Shown piece by piece: positions 1-10,863 of a stretch of DNA of 64,000 bases; position 1 is the first letter of the stretch; every line of letters begins with the position of its first letter. A model generated the notes under the pieces. It had not been told where the DNA came from and did no database searches. It was given only the letters and a program-made list of their open reading frames with translations. Source of the stretch: Somniosus microcephalus (Eukaryota); contig CM126215.1 in assembly GCA_052327205.1 (NCBI GenBank), forward strand, positions 121,272,001-121,336,000, written 5' to 3'. A program made the translations under genes and the position numbers.

Positions 1-977
1 GATATTTTCGCCTCGCTATCTGGAGGGAAACGCTTCACTAAGATTGATCTGGCCCAGGCGTATCTGCAAATGGAGGTAGAAGAAGCATCAAAAAAATACC
101 TCACAATCAACACCCATAAAGGTCTCTACCAATACAACCAGCTGGTATTCGGGGTAGCATCAGCTCCGGCTATTTGGCAGAGGGCAATGGAACAAGTCCT
201 GCAAGGGATCCCAGGGACCCAGTGTTATTTGGACGACATCCTGGTCACGGGCGAAAATGACAGTGAGCACCTTGCCAACCTGGAGCAGGTGCTCACTAGA
301 TTGCAGGAATATGGGCTCCGAGCTAACCGCCCCAAATGCGAGTTTTTTAGAAAACAGATCTCGTATTGTGGCCACGTTATCAATAAAGAGGGGTTACATA
401 AGTCCCCAGAGAAGATTGAGGCAGTAGTCAAGGCTCCAGCACCGGAAAATGTGTCACAACTGAGGTCGTTCCTCGGGGCTGGTAAACTACTACCATAAGT
501 TCTTGCCAAATTTGTCTACAATACTACACCCACTGAACACCCTACTGCAAACTGGGGTGCCATGGAAGTGGAGTGACGAATGTAGCCGAGCTTTCCAGAA
601 GAGCAAGACACTCGGGAAAGGCGCTATCCAGAAAGGATCAGGCGGCCTCCCCAAAGACTGAATATATAAATAGACTATTTTCAGCTAATGTTGCATGTTA
701 AAAGTGTTCATTGTAATTAGTTTGATATTTAATTGTTAAATGAGTGTTATGGTACTGTTAATCTAAAAGGGGAGGAATTGTAATGTATATACCTTTAAGG
801 GGGGGAACTACTTTTTACAGCTCATGTATACTGTAGTACCAGTACCGGCAGTGACCACAACTGTATATCGCACTGAGTAGTAATCTGGATAGTCAGTTCA
901 ACTGTGAGCCACGTTGAGTAAACACCTGTTGTACCGTTTCTGCTGCAGTCTGTATCTTATTATACCCAGACACAACA
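1..977 (+). mobile_element. Ty3/Gypsy LTR retrotransposon, 3' part, internally deleted (copy 1)
   Basis: RT fragment with YLDD (ORF 70-498) jumps at ~609 to the integrase C-terminal tail (RRYPERIRRPPQRLNI*). PPT AAAAGGGGAGGAAT precedes a TG...CA LTR at 779-977. Confidence 0.9.
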
Positions 978-1069
978 TTGGTGTGCCTATCCTGCCAATG
1001 GATTTGCAGGATCTTGCGGAGGCAGCGTTGGTGGTACAATGGCTCCCAGTCACCAATGCCTCAAAGTTA

Positions 1070-1330
1070 AAATGCCCCAACCTTGTGTTCAGATCCCTTC
1101 AAACTCTGCCTTCCCTATCTCTGTAACCTCCTCTAGCCCTACAAACTTTGGAGATCTCTGCGCTCATCCATGACCTCTTACGCATTCTCCACTCCCTTCA
1201 CCCCACCATTGGCAGTTGTGCCTCAACCTCCACGGTCCTAAGCTCTAGAATTCTCTCGCTAAACCTCTCCGCCTTTCAGACCTTCCCATAAAACCTAACT
1301 CTTTGACCAAGCTTTTAGTAACCCCTCTTA
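1070..1330 (+). mobile_element. L2-like LINE 3' fragment (continues at ~1810-1885 and ~2655-2680)
   Basis: Similar to the L2-like segment at 36500-36890. The tail ...ttaaagtcac[MITE]tatataaatgcaagttgttgttg is split by later insertions. Confidence 0.6.
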
Positions 1331-1332
1331 AT

Positions 1333-1808
1333 CATAGAATCATAGAAATTTATGGCACAGAAGGAGGCCATTCGGCTCATCATGTCTGTGCCAGCCGACA
1401 AAGAGCTATCAGCCTAATCCCACTTTCCAGCTCTTGGTCCGTAGCCCTGTAGGTTGCCGCACTTCAAGTGCACATCCAAGTACTTTTTTAATGTGATGAG
1501 GTTTTCTGCCTCTACCACCCTTTCAGGCAGTGAGTTGCAGACCCCCACCACCCTCTGACCCAGAAGTTCTCCTCAACTCCCCTCGATTCATTCTACCAAT
1601 TACGTTAAATCTACACCACTGGTTATTGGCCTCTCTGCTAGGGGAAATAGGTCCTTCCTATCCACTCTATCTGGGCTTCTCATAATTTTATACACCTTAA
1701 TTAAATCTCCCCTCAGCCTCCTCTGTTCCAAAGAAAACAACCCCAGCCTATCCAAACTTTCCTCATAGCTAAAATTCCCCAGCCCAGGCAACATCCTCGT
1801 AAATCTCC
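1333..1808 (-). mobile_element. CR1-like LINE 3' fragment
   Basis: ORF RRFTRMLPGL...LGLFSLEQRRLRGDLIKVYKIM (CR1 RT C-terminus); (ATTCTATG)n-type tail. Confidence 0.85.
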
Positions 1809-1885
1809 TTCTTTGGCTCGGTGTCAATTTTTTTCTGATTACGCCCCTATGAAGCGCCTTGGGACATTTTCCACGTTAAAGTCAC

Positions 1886-2653
1886 GGGGGAAAAATTCAG
1901 TTGGTTGCGCCACCCATTAGCACCTTAAAAGGGCGCTAAGTGGGGCGCAAGCCAACTAGCGCCCGGGCGCGGCACTGCCCACGCCTCCCGCTAAATTCTG
2001 CGGGACGTTAGTGGTGGCGCTAACCGTTAGTGCTGCGCCGCTGCCGATGATGTCATCGGTGTGCGCAGCGCCCCGCTGACGCCCCGGCTGCGATATTCGG
2101 CAGCGCCCCCTGATTGACCGCCGGACGCTATGTCCGACGGGGTCAGGGGGGCCTACCTGCGGCCGGGGAGGCGCAAATTAAAGGCGAGGTGCGGGGCAGC
2201 CATTTTTGTTGTTGGCTGTCTGCCAGCACCTGCCTGCGCTCCCGTCCCCGGCCTCCTGAAGTGCCCTTCCCGCCCCCGCGGAGTGCCGGCTGCGCTCCAA
2301 GAGCCCGGCACTTCTCTTCGGTGCCGGGCTCTTTTGCCTGCACTACCGATCCTCGGGGGCCCAGCTGGGCCCCAGATTGCGCTGCACAAGGCCCCTCCCC
2401 TTTAAGAAGGGGAGGAAGGCCTGCAATACCACAGTGCGACGTGCCGCAGCGTGTGGCGCGGCGGCACGTAGCGCCACGATATTCACTCGCAGCACCCCAA
2501 GAGGGAGGCGGGGCACCTCTAGTCGCGACGCGCTTCCCTTTGGGGCGCAAACGACCAATTTCCGGTGTGGGGGCGTGAATGTTTCTGGGGCGCGACTTTT
2601 AGCGCCCTGGTGAGGTTAGCGCCCCAAACGGGGCTATACTCAATTTCTCCCCC
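1886..2653. mobile_element. GC-rich MITE, family A (PIF/Harbinger-like)
   Basis: TIRs GGGGGAAAAATT...AATTTCTCCCCC; internal similarity to the copies at 7608, 45242, 48040 and 51183; inserted in an L2 tail. TSD not clean. Confidence 0.75.
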
Positions 2654-2686
2654 ATTATATAAATGCAAGTTGTTGTTGCCCACCAT

Positions 2687-3460
2687 TTTTTTTTATTCGT
2701 TTATGGGATGTGGGCGTCGCAGGCAAGGCCAGCATTTATTGTCCCTCCCTGATTGCCCTTGAGAAGGTGGTGGTGAGCTGCCTTCTTGAACCGCTGCAGT
2801 CCGTGTGGTGAAGGTACTCCCACAGTGCTGTTAGGGAGGGAGATCCAGGGTTTTGGCCCAGCGACGATGAAGGATCAGCGGATATACTTCTAAGTCAGGA
2901 TGGTGTGTGACTTGGAGGTGGTGGTGTTCCCATGCCCCTGCTGCCCTTGTCCTTCTAGGTGGAAGAGGTCGTGGGTTTGGGAGGTGCTGCCGAAGAAGCC
3001 TTGGCGAGTTGCTGCAGTGCGTCTTGTAATGGTACACACTGCAGCCACGGTACGCCGGTGGTGGAGGGAGTGAATGTTTAAGGTGGTGGATGGGGTGCCA
3101 ATCAAGTGGGCTGCTTTGTCCTGGATGGTGTTGAGCTTCTTGAGTGTTGTTGGAGCTGCACTCATCCAGGCAAGTGGAGAGTATTCCATCACACTCCTTA
3201 CTTGTGCCTTGTAGATGGTGGAAAGGCTTTGGGGAGTCAGGAGGTGAGACACTCGCCGCAGAATACCCAGCCTCTGACCTGCTCTTGTTGCCACAGTATT
3301 TATGTGGCTGGTTCAGTTAAGTTTCTGGTCAATGGTGACCCCCAGGATGTTGATGGTGGGGGATTCGGTGATGGTAATGCCGTTGAATGTCAAGGGGCAG
3401 TGGTTAGCCTCTCGCTTGTTGGAGATAGTCATTGTCTGGCACTTCTGTGGCACGAATGTT
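2687..3460 (-). mobile_element. Non-LTR LINE (CR1/L2 group) 3' fragment with poly(A)-type tail
   Basis: ORF ATRAGQRLGILRRVSHLLTPQSLSTIYKAQVRSVMEY. The same family recurs at ~17370-17775(+), 23395-24060(-), 28272-28552 plus 30312-30868(-) and 38440-38750(-). Confidence 0.8.
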
Positions 3461-4062
3461 AAAGAAGATTGTGCTCCAAAATAGTTAATACTTTTATTAA
3501 AGTGGGAGAGGAATTTCATGTGAACAGATTAGCGTGTTCCTAATGCACAGAGCAATTTCAACCTTTATTTATGTAGAGTACCCCCTTTAGCGGCATCATG
3601 AAATGCCTGTCACTGGCTGTATTGTGCTGGTGAAGAGTGGCTTCTGAATAAAAACTCCTGCTGTCTCTGAGCTTTCGTTTGAAAGCATGTAATAATAAGA
3701 GACAAAAGAAAAGGTTGAAAATGCTGGAAAATTGAAATGGAGACAGAAAATGTCGGAAATTCAATGACAAATCGATCAACATCAATGTCTGAGGAAGAAT
3801 CACATCATTATTTTCTCTGTCAGATAATGATTGGTCTGCTTTGTGTTGCTAGCAATTTCTGTTTTTTTAATGTAATAGAGACAATCCCATGATTCGGGAT
3901 GGGTGGCGGGGAGGGAACAGCAGATGGGGGTATAAACCCCATGCCACAAGGTGGGTGCACTGGTGCCTGAGAGTATGGGCTTTGGTTGGAGTATAGGGTC
4001 TATACATGATGTAAGATGGCACTTTCTTCTAATCCTGTAATCTTGAACTTTCACTCTTGCAG

Positions 4063-4220
4063 AAATGGGAGACTGGTTGAAGAAGATGATAAGTACTCGC
4101 TGAAGAGAAGCACAGAGCTGACAATAAGGAACATTTTCCGAGAGGATACAGGGTCTTACAACTGCAGGGCGACGAACAAAGCGGGAAGCGTGGAAGAACA
4201 ACTGTCCTTGAAAGTCTTCG
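4063..4220 (+). CDS. NCAM2: NCAM2 coding exon (C-terminal half of Ig3)
   Basis: Acceptor ctcttgcAG (4061-62), donor GTATGT (4221). Translates (R)NGRLVEEDDKYSLKRSTELTIRNIFREDTGSYNCRATNKAGSVEEQLSLKVF(V) with the Ig DxGxYxC motif, matching recalled NCAM2 RNGKLIEENEKY...YVCRATNKAG. 158 bp; its phase-1 end fits the next exon. Confidence 0.93.
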
Positions 4221-4419
4221 GTATGTTGGTGCTTTGTGCTATCACGCTGCTTACTGCTGACTGGCAAGGCGCTCCACAATTCTGGTACTTTGTATTATTC
4301 TCTCCTCCGATTTGCTCCTTCTCCCCTACTGAAAGACCTGGCACATGCTGCAGTAGCATTCCACAGCTCTCGATTTTCCTTACCATGTGAGCTCAATGGC
4401 AAATGTCAGCAAGCTAGTC

Positions 4420-4872
4420 AACAACAACAATAGCTTGCATTTATATAGCACCTTTAACGTAGAACATCCAAAGGTGCTTCGCGGGAGCATTATCAAACAA
4501 AATTTGACACCAAGCCACATAAGGAGATATTAGGGCAGAAGAGGAGTAGGTTTTAAGTAGCGTCTTAAAAGAAGAGAGGGGAGCAGAAGGTTTAGGGAAG
4601 GAATTCCAGAGCTTAGGGCCAAGGCAGCTGAAGGCATGGCCTCTAATGGTGGAGCGATTAAAATAAGGGATACGCTAGAGGCCAGAATTGGAGGAGTGCA
4701 GAGATCTTGGAGGGTTGTAGTGCTGGAGGAGGTTACAGAGATAGGGAGGGGGCGAGGCCATGGAGGGATTTAAAAAAAGGTCAAGAATGTTAAAATTGAG
4801 GCGCTGCTGTACCGGGAGCCAAAGTAGGTCAGCGAGCAGAGGGGTGATGGGTGAATGGGACTTGGTGCGAGA
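4420..4872 (-). mobile_element. L2-like LINE 3' end
   Basis: Reverse-strand tail ...ctatataaatgcaagctattgttgttg; resembles the other L2-like copies in the window. Confidence 0.7.
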
Positions 4873-4937
4873 ACGGGACTTGATTCAATGCACAGGAAGG
4901 GGAGGAAACGTCCATTGTAATTAGGTTATACTTTTCA

Positions 4938-5358
4938 GGAAAGATTGAACAAGCTGGGGCTCTTTTCTCTAGAAAAGAGAAGGCTGAGGGGTGACCTGAC
5001 AGAGGTCTTGAAGATTATGAAGGGGTTCGATAGGGGAGACATAGAGAAGATGTTTCCACTTGTGGAGGAGTCAAAAACTAGGGGCCATAAATGTAAGATA
5101 GTCACTAATAAATCGAATAGGAATACAGGAGAAACTTCTTTACCCAGAGAGTAGTGAGAGTGTGGAACTCGCTACCACAGGGAGTGGTTGAAGCGAATTG
5201 AATAGATGCATTTAAGGGGAAGCTAGATAAGTACATGAGGGAGAAAGGAATAGAAGGTTCTACTGATAGGGTTAAATGATGATAGGTGGCTCACCTGGAG
5301 CATAAACACTGGCATAGACTAGTTGGGCCGCATGGCCTGTTTCCATGCTGTAAATTCT
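4938..5358 (+). mobile_element. CR1-like LINE 3' fragment
   Basis: ORF LGLFSLEKRRLRGDLTEVLKIMKGFDR...TRGH followed by a 3' UTR. Confidence 0.85.
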
Positions 5359-5849
5359 AGTAATTGACAGTCCTCATCTAAAGCCCACACTTACAGACTT
5401 TACAGCAAGAGTCATTGGATCATAATCAGGCAAAATGAAGATAGAACTTTCATCTTGCAATGCCTTCCACATCCTCAAGACATTCCAAGGCACTTCATAG
5501 CTAATGGAGGTAATTTTAACTTTCATTGCCCGACGTAAAACGGATGATAGCGAATCAGCTGGCTGTTTATCACCTTGCCTGATTCTCTTTTCCATTGGAG
5601 TCAATGTAATCATTAGACCAGAGTCCATCACTTCTCTCTCCCTTTATCTGTCTCTATTTACCCATCTTGTGCCCTTCTCTCCTGTCTTCTCGCCTTCCTG
5701 TTACCCAGTCATGTCCCATTTCATTTCTCCCCTCTTGGATATTTCCCCCCCTGCCCCCCCAATCCCTACCCCCAACTCTTCGCTATTCCTCAACCTTCCT
5801 AGTCTCCTGCTGCCATCCCAGGATTGACTCCCTCTTGGGTAAGCCCACA

Positions 5850-6100
5850 GATTCACCCTGTGCCTCTCTTGGCATTTTCCAAAGGGTGCATCGAGGCACT
5901 CGTCACTGCTTCCTCATGGGCAGCAACCCCAACTGCCCCATCCTCCTCTCTCGCCGACCTTCACACCCAGTGCACTCGCTGGGGGCTAATCCTGCCGACC
6001 TCCTTCCCATCCCCACCTACCGATGACCCCGTGGACTCAACAACCATCACCACACTCTCCGTATCTTCTTCCAGAATGTCGGTTCATTCACAAACAAGGA
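5850..6100 (+). mobile_element. L2-like LINE, start of ORF2 endonuclease (degenerate)
   Basis: RRPSHPVHSLGANPADLLPIP followed by TLRIFFQNVGSFTNK, resembling the first APE endonuclease motif. Confidence 0.5.
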
Positions 6101-6159
6101 GCCCACGACTCAGCACCAATGTTGCCTCTAATTTTTTTGGGGGGTGCGCGGCCCCTTTA

Positions 6160-7600
6160 AGCCTCTGATCAGCTGAAAATTTTCAAGGGGTTCAGTCACC
6201 CTGTCCTTAATTATAGACTCTAGGAATTTCATGACAACAGATGTTAGGCTAACAGGTCTATAATTCCCTGGTTCTACTCTCTCGCCATTCTTAAATAGCG
6301 GAGTGATATGTGCAATTTTCCAATCTAAAGGAATGGTTCCCGAATCGAGAGAAAGCTCGTTAGTTCGGGCATCTTCAATGTGCTCACCTACTTCCTTTAA
6401 AACCCTGGGATGGAAACCATCTGGCCCTAGGGATTTGTCACTCTTTAGTGCCATTATTTTCTTCATTACTGTTATTTTGCTTACATTAATTTTGGTGAGT
6501 CCCTGTCCCTGATTCAACATTAGTTTCCTTGGGATTTCCCCATGCGATCCTCTTCCTCTACTGTAAATACCGGCGCAAAGTAATTATTCAACATGTCCGC
6601 CATTTCCTTATTATCATTGACAATATCGCCGTTATCAGTTTTCAAGGGGCCAACATTGCTCCTGGCCACCCTCTTTTTCCTTAAATAATTGTAAAAAAAT
6701 GTTTGTGTTGATTTTGATATCCCTTGCAATTTTCTTTTCATACTCCCTTTTTGTAGCTCTTACTGTCTGTTTTGTCACCCTTTACTTTTCTTTGTATCTT
6801 TCCCATTCGCCAGAATCTGTGCTATTTTTTGCATTTTTGTATGTTTTTTCTTATAGTTTTATGTTGTCCCTTACCTCTTTAGTCATCCATTGCTTTTTTT
6901 TAGGCAAGTAGAACTCTTGCCCCTCAGGAGTATAAACTGGTTCTGTATCACATTAATTTCTCTTTTGAACATCTCCCACTGATCTTCTGTGGTTTTACCC
7001 ATTAACAGATTTTCCCAGTTTACTGTGGACAGTCGCTGTCTCATCGCATTGAAGTCGGCCTCACCTAAATCTAGAACCTTAGTAGCTGTTTCGCATTTCT
7101 CCCTTTCAAACATTACGTTTAACTTGATCACGTTATGATCGCTATTAGATAAATGTTCACACACCGTTAGGCTGTTAACTAAACCTGGCTCATTACTCAT
7201 TACAAAATCTAATATGGCATGTCTCCTTGTTGCCTCTAGGACATATTGTTATAGAAAACTATCCCGGACACACTCAAGAACTTCACTACTTTTCTGACAT
7301 GTGCTAGTCTGCTTATCCCAATTTATATGAAAGTTAAAAAAAAACATTAAAACCACTCTGCCTTTACTACATGCTTGTCTAATCACTGCATTTATACAAT
7401 CTACCACATTGCAGCTGCTACCAGGGAGCCGATACATAACTCCCACTACAGTCTTAAATCCTTTTTCTATTTCTTAATTCTACCCTTTACCTGTAGTGCA
7501 TAAAACACAATTTCTGACAGTTACTCTAATCTCTTACCTTTCATTTACTTTTGAACTATTATTTAAACTACATTTTCCACCTGCCCATTTATTAGTTTAA
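6160..7600 (-). mobile_element. CR1-like LINE ORF2 internal fragment (endonuclease to RT start), degenerate
   Basis: Fragmented ORFs with GVMYRLP, SNSDHN, KSLGPDGFHPRVLKE and NYRPVSLTSVV motifs; continues at ~8125-8285 beyond a MITE. Confidence 0.88.
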
Positions 7601-7607
7601 AGTCCTT

Positions 7608-8124
7608 GGCCTAGAAATTCGGTGGGCTGCGCCACCAGTTAGCGCCCAAAGAGGGCACTTAGTGGGTTTAGCGCCACTGGCCACACCTCCCGCGAAATTT
7701 AGCCGGGTGCTAATGGCGGCGTTAGCCTGTAGCACTGCGCCGCCACCGATGACGTCATCGGTGTGCGCAGCGCCCCGCTACCGCCCCGATCGCGATATTT
7801 GGTAGCGCCCCCCCACTGTAACTCCTCGGTGCTGGGCTCTTTTGCCGACACTCGCGATCTCCGATCGCGCTGCAGCAGGCCCCACCCCTTTAAGAAGGGG
7901 GGAAGGCCTGCAGTACCGCAGTGCACCGTGCCGCACCGTGTGGCGCTGCGGCACGTTGTGCTGCGATTTTCAGTTGCAGCGCCCCAAGAGGGATGCGGGG
8001 CGCTTCGAGCAGCACCGTGCTTTCGTTTGGGGCGCTCAAACTGAATATCGGGTTGGCGCTCACGGCTCCTTCCGGGGCGGTACTTCCGGCGCCCAGGCAA
8101 GGGGCGCCACCGAATTTCTAGGCC
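7608..8124. mobile_element. GC-rich MITE, family A (PIF/Harbinger-like)
   Basis: Perfect TIRs GGCCTAGAAATTCGGTGG...CCACCGAATTTCTAGGCC flanked by 3-bp TSD CTT/CTT. Confidence 0.9.
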
Positions 8125-8314
8125 CTTGTGCCCTATTTTTCCTCACCACTAGGAACCTCGTCCCAGCCCGGTTCAGGTGGAGCCCATCCTAACGGTACAG
8201 TTCCTTCCTCTCCCAATGCTGTTGCCAGTGTCCCATGAAATGGAACCCCTCTTTCACGCACGACTCCTTCAACCACAAACCACAACAATCGAGGAAGAAA
8301 CCATTTAAAACGTA

Positions 8315-9070
8315 AGAACATAAGAAGTAGGAGCAGGAGTAGGCCATTCAGCCCCTCGAGCCTGCTCCGCCATTCAATAAGATCACGGCTGATCTGATCT
8401 TGGCCTCAACTCCACTTTCCCGCCCGCTCCCCATAATCCTTGATTCCCTTGTTTTTCAAAATTCTGTCTATCTCCGCCTTGAATATACTCAATGACTCAG
8501 CCTCCACAGCCCTCTGGGGTAGAGAATTCCAAAGATTCACGACCCTCTGAGAGAAGAAATTCCTCCTCATCTCTGTTTCACGTTCTACAGGGTAGATGCT
8601 GAGAGGATGTTTCCCCTCGTGGGGAAATCTAGAACTCGGGGGGCATAGTCTCAGAATAAAGGGTCGCTCTTTTAGAACTGAGATGAGGAGGAATTTCTTC
8701 TCTGAGGGTCGTAAATCTGTGGAATTCTCTGCCCCAGAGAGCTGTGGAGGCTGGGTCATTAAACACATTTAAGGTGGGGATAGACAGATTTTTGCAAGAT
8801 AAGGGAGTGAAGGGTTATGGGGAGCGGGCAGGGAATGGCTTTGAGCCCAAGATCAGCCAAGATCTTATTGAATGGCGGAGCAGGCTCGAGGGGCCAAGTG
8901 GCCTATTCCTGCTCCTATTTCTTATATTCTTATGTTTTAAATGGGTGACCTCTTATCCTGAAATTATGCCCCCCCTAGTTCTAGATTCCCCCACGAGGGG
9001 CAACATCCTCTCAGCATCCTCTCAGTGTAGGCCCAACCTGCTCAAGCTTTTCTCATAAGACAACCCCTTC
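8315..9070. mobile_element. Two CR1 3' fragments, a + copy (~8585-8935) nested in a - copy
   Basis: The minus copy breaks at ctcatctctgttt and resumes at ttttaaatgggtgacc; the intervening segment is the same family on the + strand. Confidence 0.8.
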
Positions 9071-9778
9071 AAAACATGAGCATTCTAAATGCATAAGCTA
9101 CAACAATAGAATAAGGATCTAATCAGAGTACAGTCCCCAGCACGTACACCATCACTGGGCAGCCGCCTATATCAGCAAAAGGCACTTTCCATTTGTCATA
9201 ACCAGAAGCATCAATTATAAAGATGTCGCTTAAAGCCTATTAAGCGCTCCGGCTATTTAGTGCAGTTCAATAGGTACTTAAACTGTACCTACCGATTTAA
9301 AAGCTTTGCTGATTCAGGCAAAGTCAGACCTTTGGGCAGTTTCAATTGGCCCTTCGCACTAGAAGGTTAGAAACCATGGGAGACACTCAGAAAGTGGAGA
9401 CTTTGGGAGCTTTAATCAGCTGATTGAAGCTGCCTAAAACCTCCACCGTCCGCCTGCCTCCTGCAGTCAGCAACAGTGCGAGCAGCTGATTGGAGCTGCC
9501 TGAAGTCTCCATCAGCTTCTTCACAGTTCACACTGACGTTTGAGGAGAATGCACCAAGTCCCACATGCCCCAGATTGCCAGTTTCCCAAAAGACGGAATG
9601 TCTTCAGGCAGCTTCAAGAGTTGTTTCATTGGTTTAAGTGTCCACCATGTACAGCGGGCAAATCGCTATCATAAAGAAGAAAGAAAGAGTTGCATTTATA
9701 TCGCGCCTTTCATGACCATCGGACGTCCCAAAGCGCTTTACAGCCAATGAAGTACTTTTGAAGTGTCGTCACTACTAT

Positions 9779-10542
9779 GGCCCAGAAATTCGGGTCGGAG
9801 GCTTCCCGCGGGTGCAAGCCCCCGACCTGCACTTACATAGTGCGCCTGCCATTGTGTTGTGGGCCCGCGTGGGATTCCGATCCTGGGCCTCCTCCAGCTG
9901 CCGGCGCGCAGTGCTCGCGTATCCCAGGGGCGCAGTTAGTTCGAAGCGTCCCCTGGGATCACGTGGGCCATGGAGAGCCAATCGTAGCAGGGAATGCTTC
10001 ATTCATAAGTTTGACAGGAAGAGCTGTCAAATCTATGAATAGAGATCAGTCCCAAAACCTAACTAAAACTTCAAATAAATTTTAAAAAACATGACATTTT
10101 TAAAATAACTATAAATTGCATAAAATAACTATTTTAAACAATAATTTAAATCTTTGAAAAAATTAATTACAGTTTTTAACAGGGCTAAAAATAAACTTAC
10201 CTTTCTTTAAAGTATTTAAAAATAATAAACCTGTGGAAAAAATGTTTTAATTTTACTTAATTCACCACTTACCTTGTTAAAAGCAGGCCTTGCGACTGCT
10301 TTTTAAAAGCGTAGCTCCTGGAGACTTACCCTCCCGGAGAAAGCTGTAAAAAAAATGGAATTTCCAAGCGTACGCGCTGCCTCTCCAGTGCACACGTTCG
10401 ACCTGTGAACCCCTTCCTTCAAGGGAATGGAAGTTCCGGTTTTCAGTGCATGTGCAGTGCATGCACGAAAACGGCACTTTCGTTGGCCCTACGCCTGAGT
10501 ACCCAGCGCGTACTCACCCGTGGGGACCCGAATTTCTGGCCC
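9779..10542. mobile_element. MITE family D (PIF/Harbinger-like)
   Basis: TIRs GGCCCAGAAATTCGGGTC...GACCCGAATTTCTGGCCC; GC-rich arms around an AT-rich core; related to 10758 and 37439. Confidence 0.8.
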
Positions 10543-10863
10543 ATTATATAATCGATCACCCCCATTAATTCCAATTGGATGGTATGAACAGAGTGAGCTA
10601 AGGAGACTGTTGGGGTCTGATTTATTTCCCATTCACGAGTTATCACGATCATCTGAGATAAACCATATCCCATTAACCTTCCTAACGTACCTTAATATTT
10701 CACATTTCACCCAAATGAAGGACAACATGGGTTTGATCAGGTAGGTGCAGAGAAGATGGTCCTGAAATTGTGGTCGGGGGCTTCCCGCGGGCGACTGCCT
10801 CTGAACTGCAAGTAAAATCCGCACTTACCTGATGGCTCCGGACCGACGAAGACTGGCGCTCCC

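Noticed and set aside
2114-2613. Overlapping ORFs in GC-rich MITEs (also near 7700, 45300, 48000 and 51300)
   Set aside because: High GC suppresses stop codons, frames are not conserved between copies, and no domain motifs are present.
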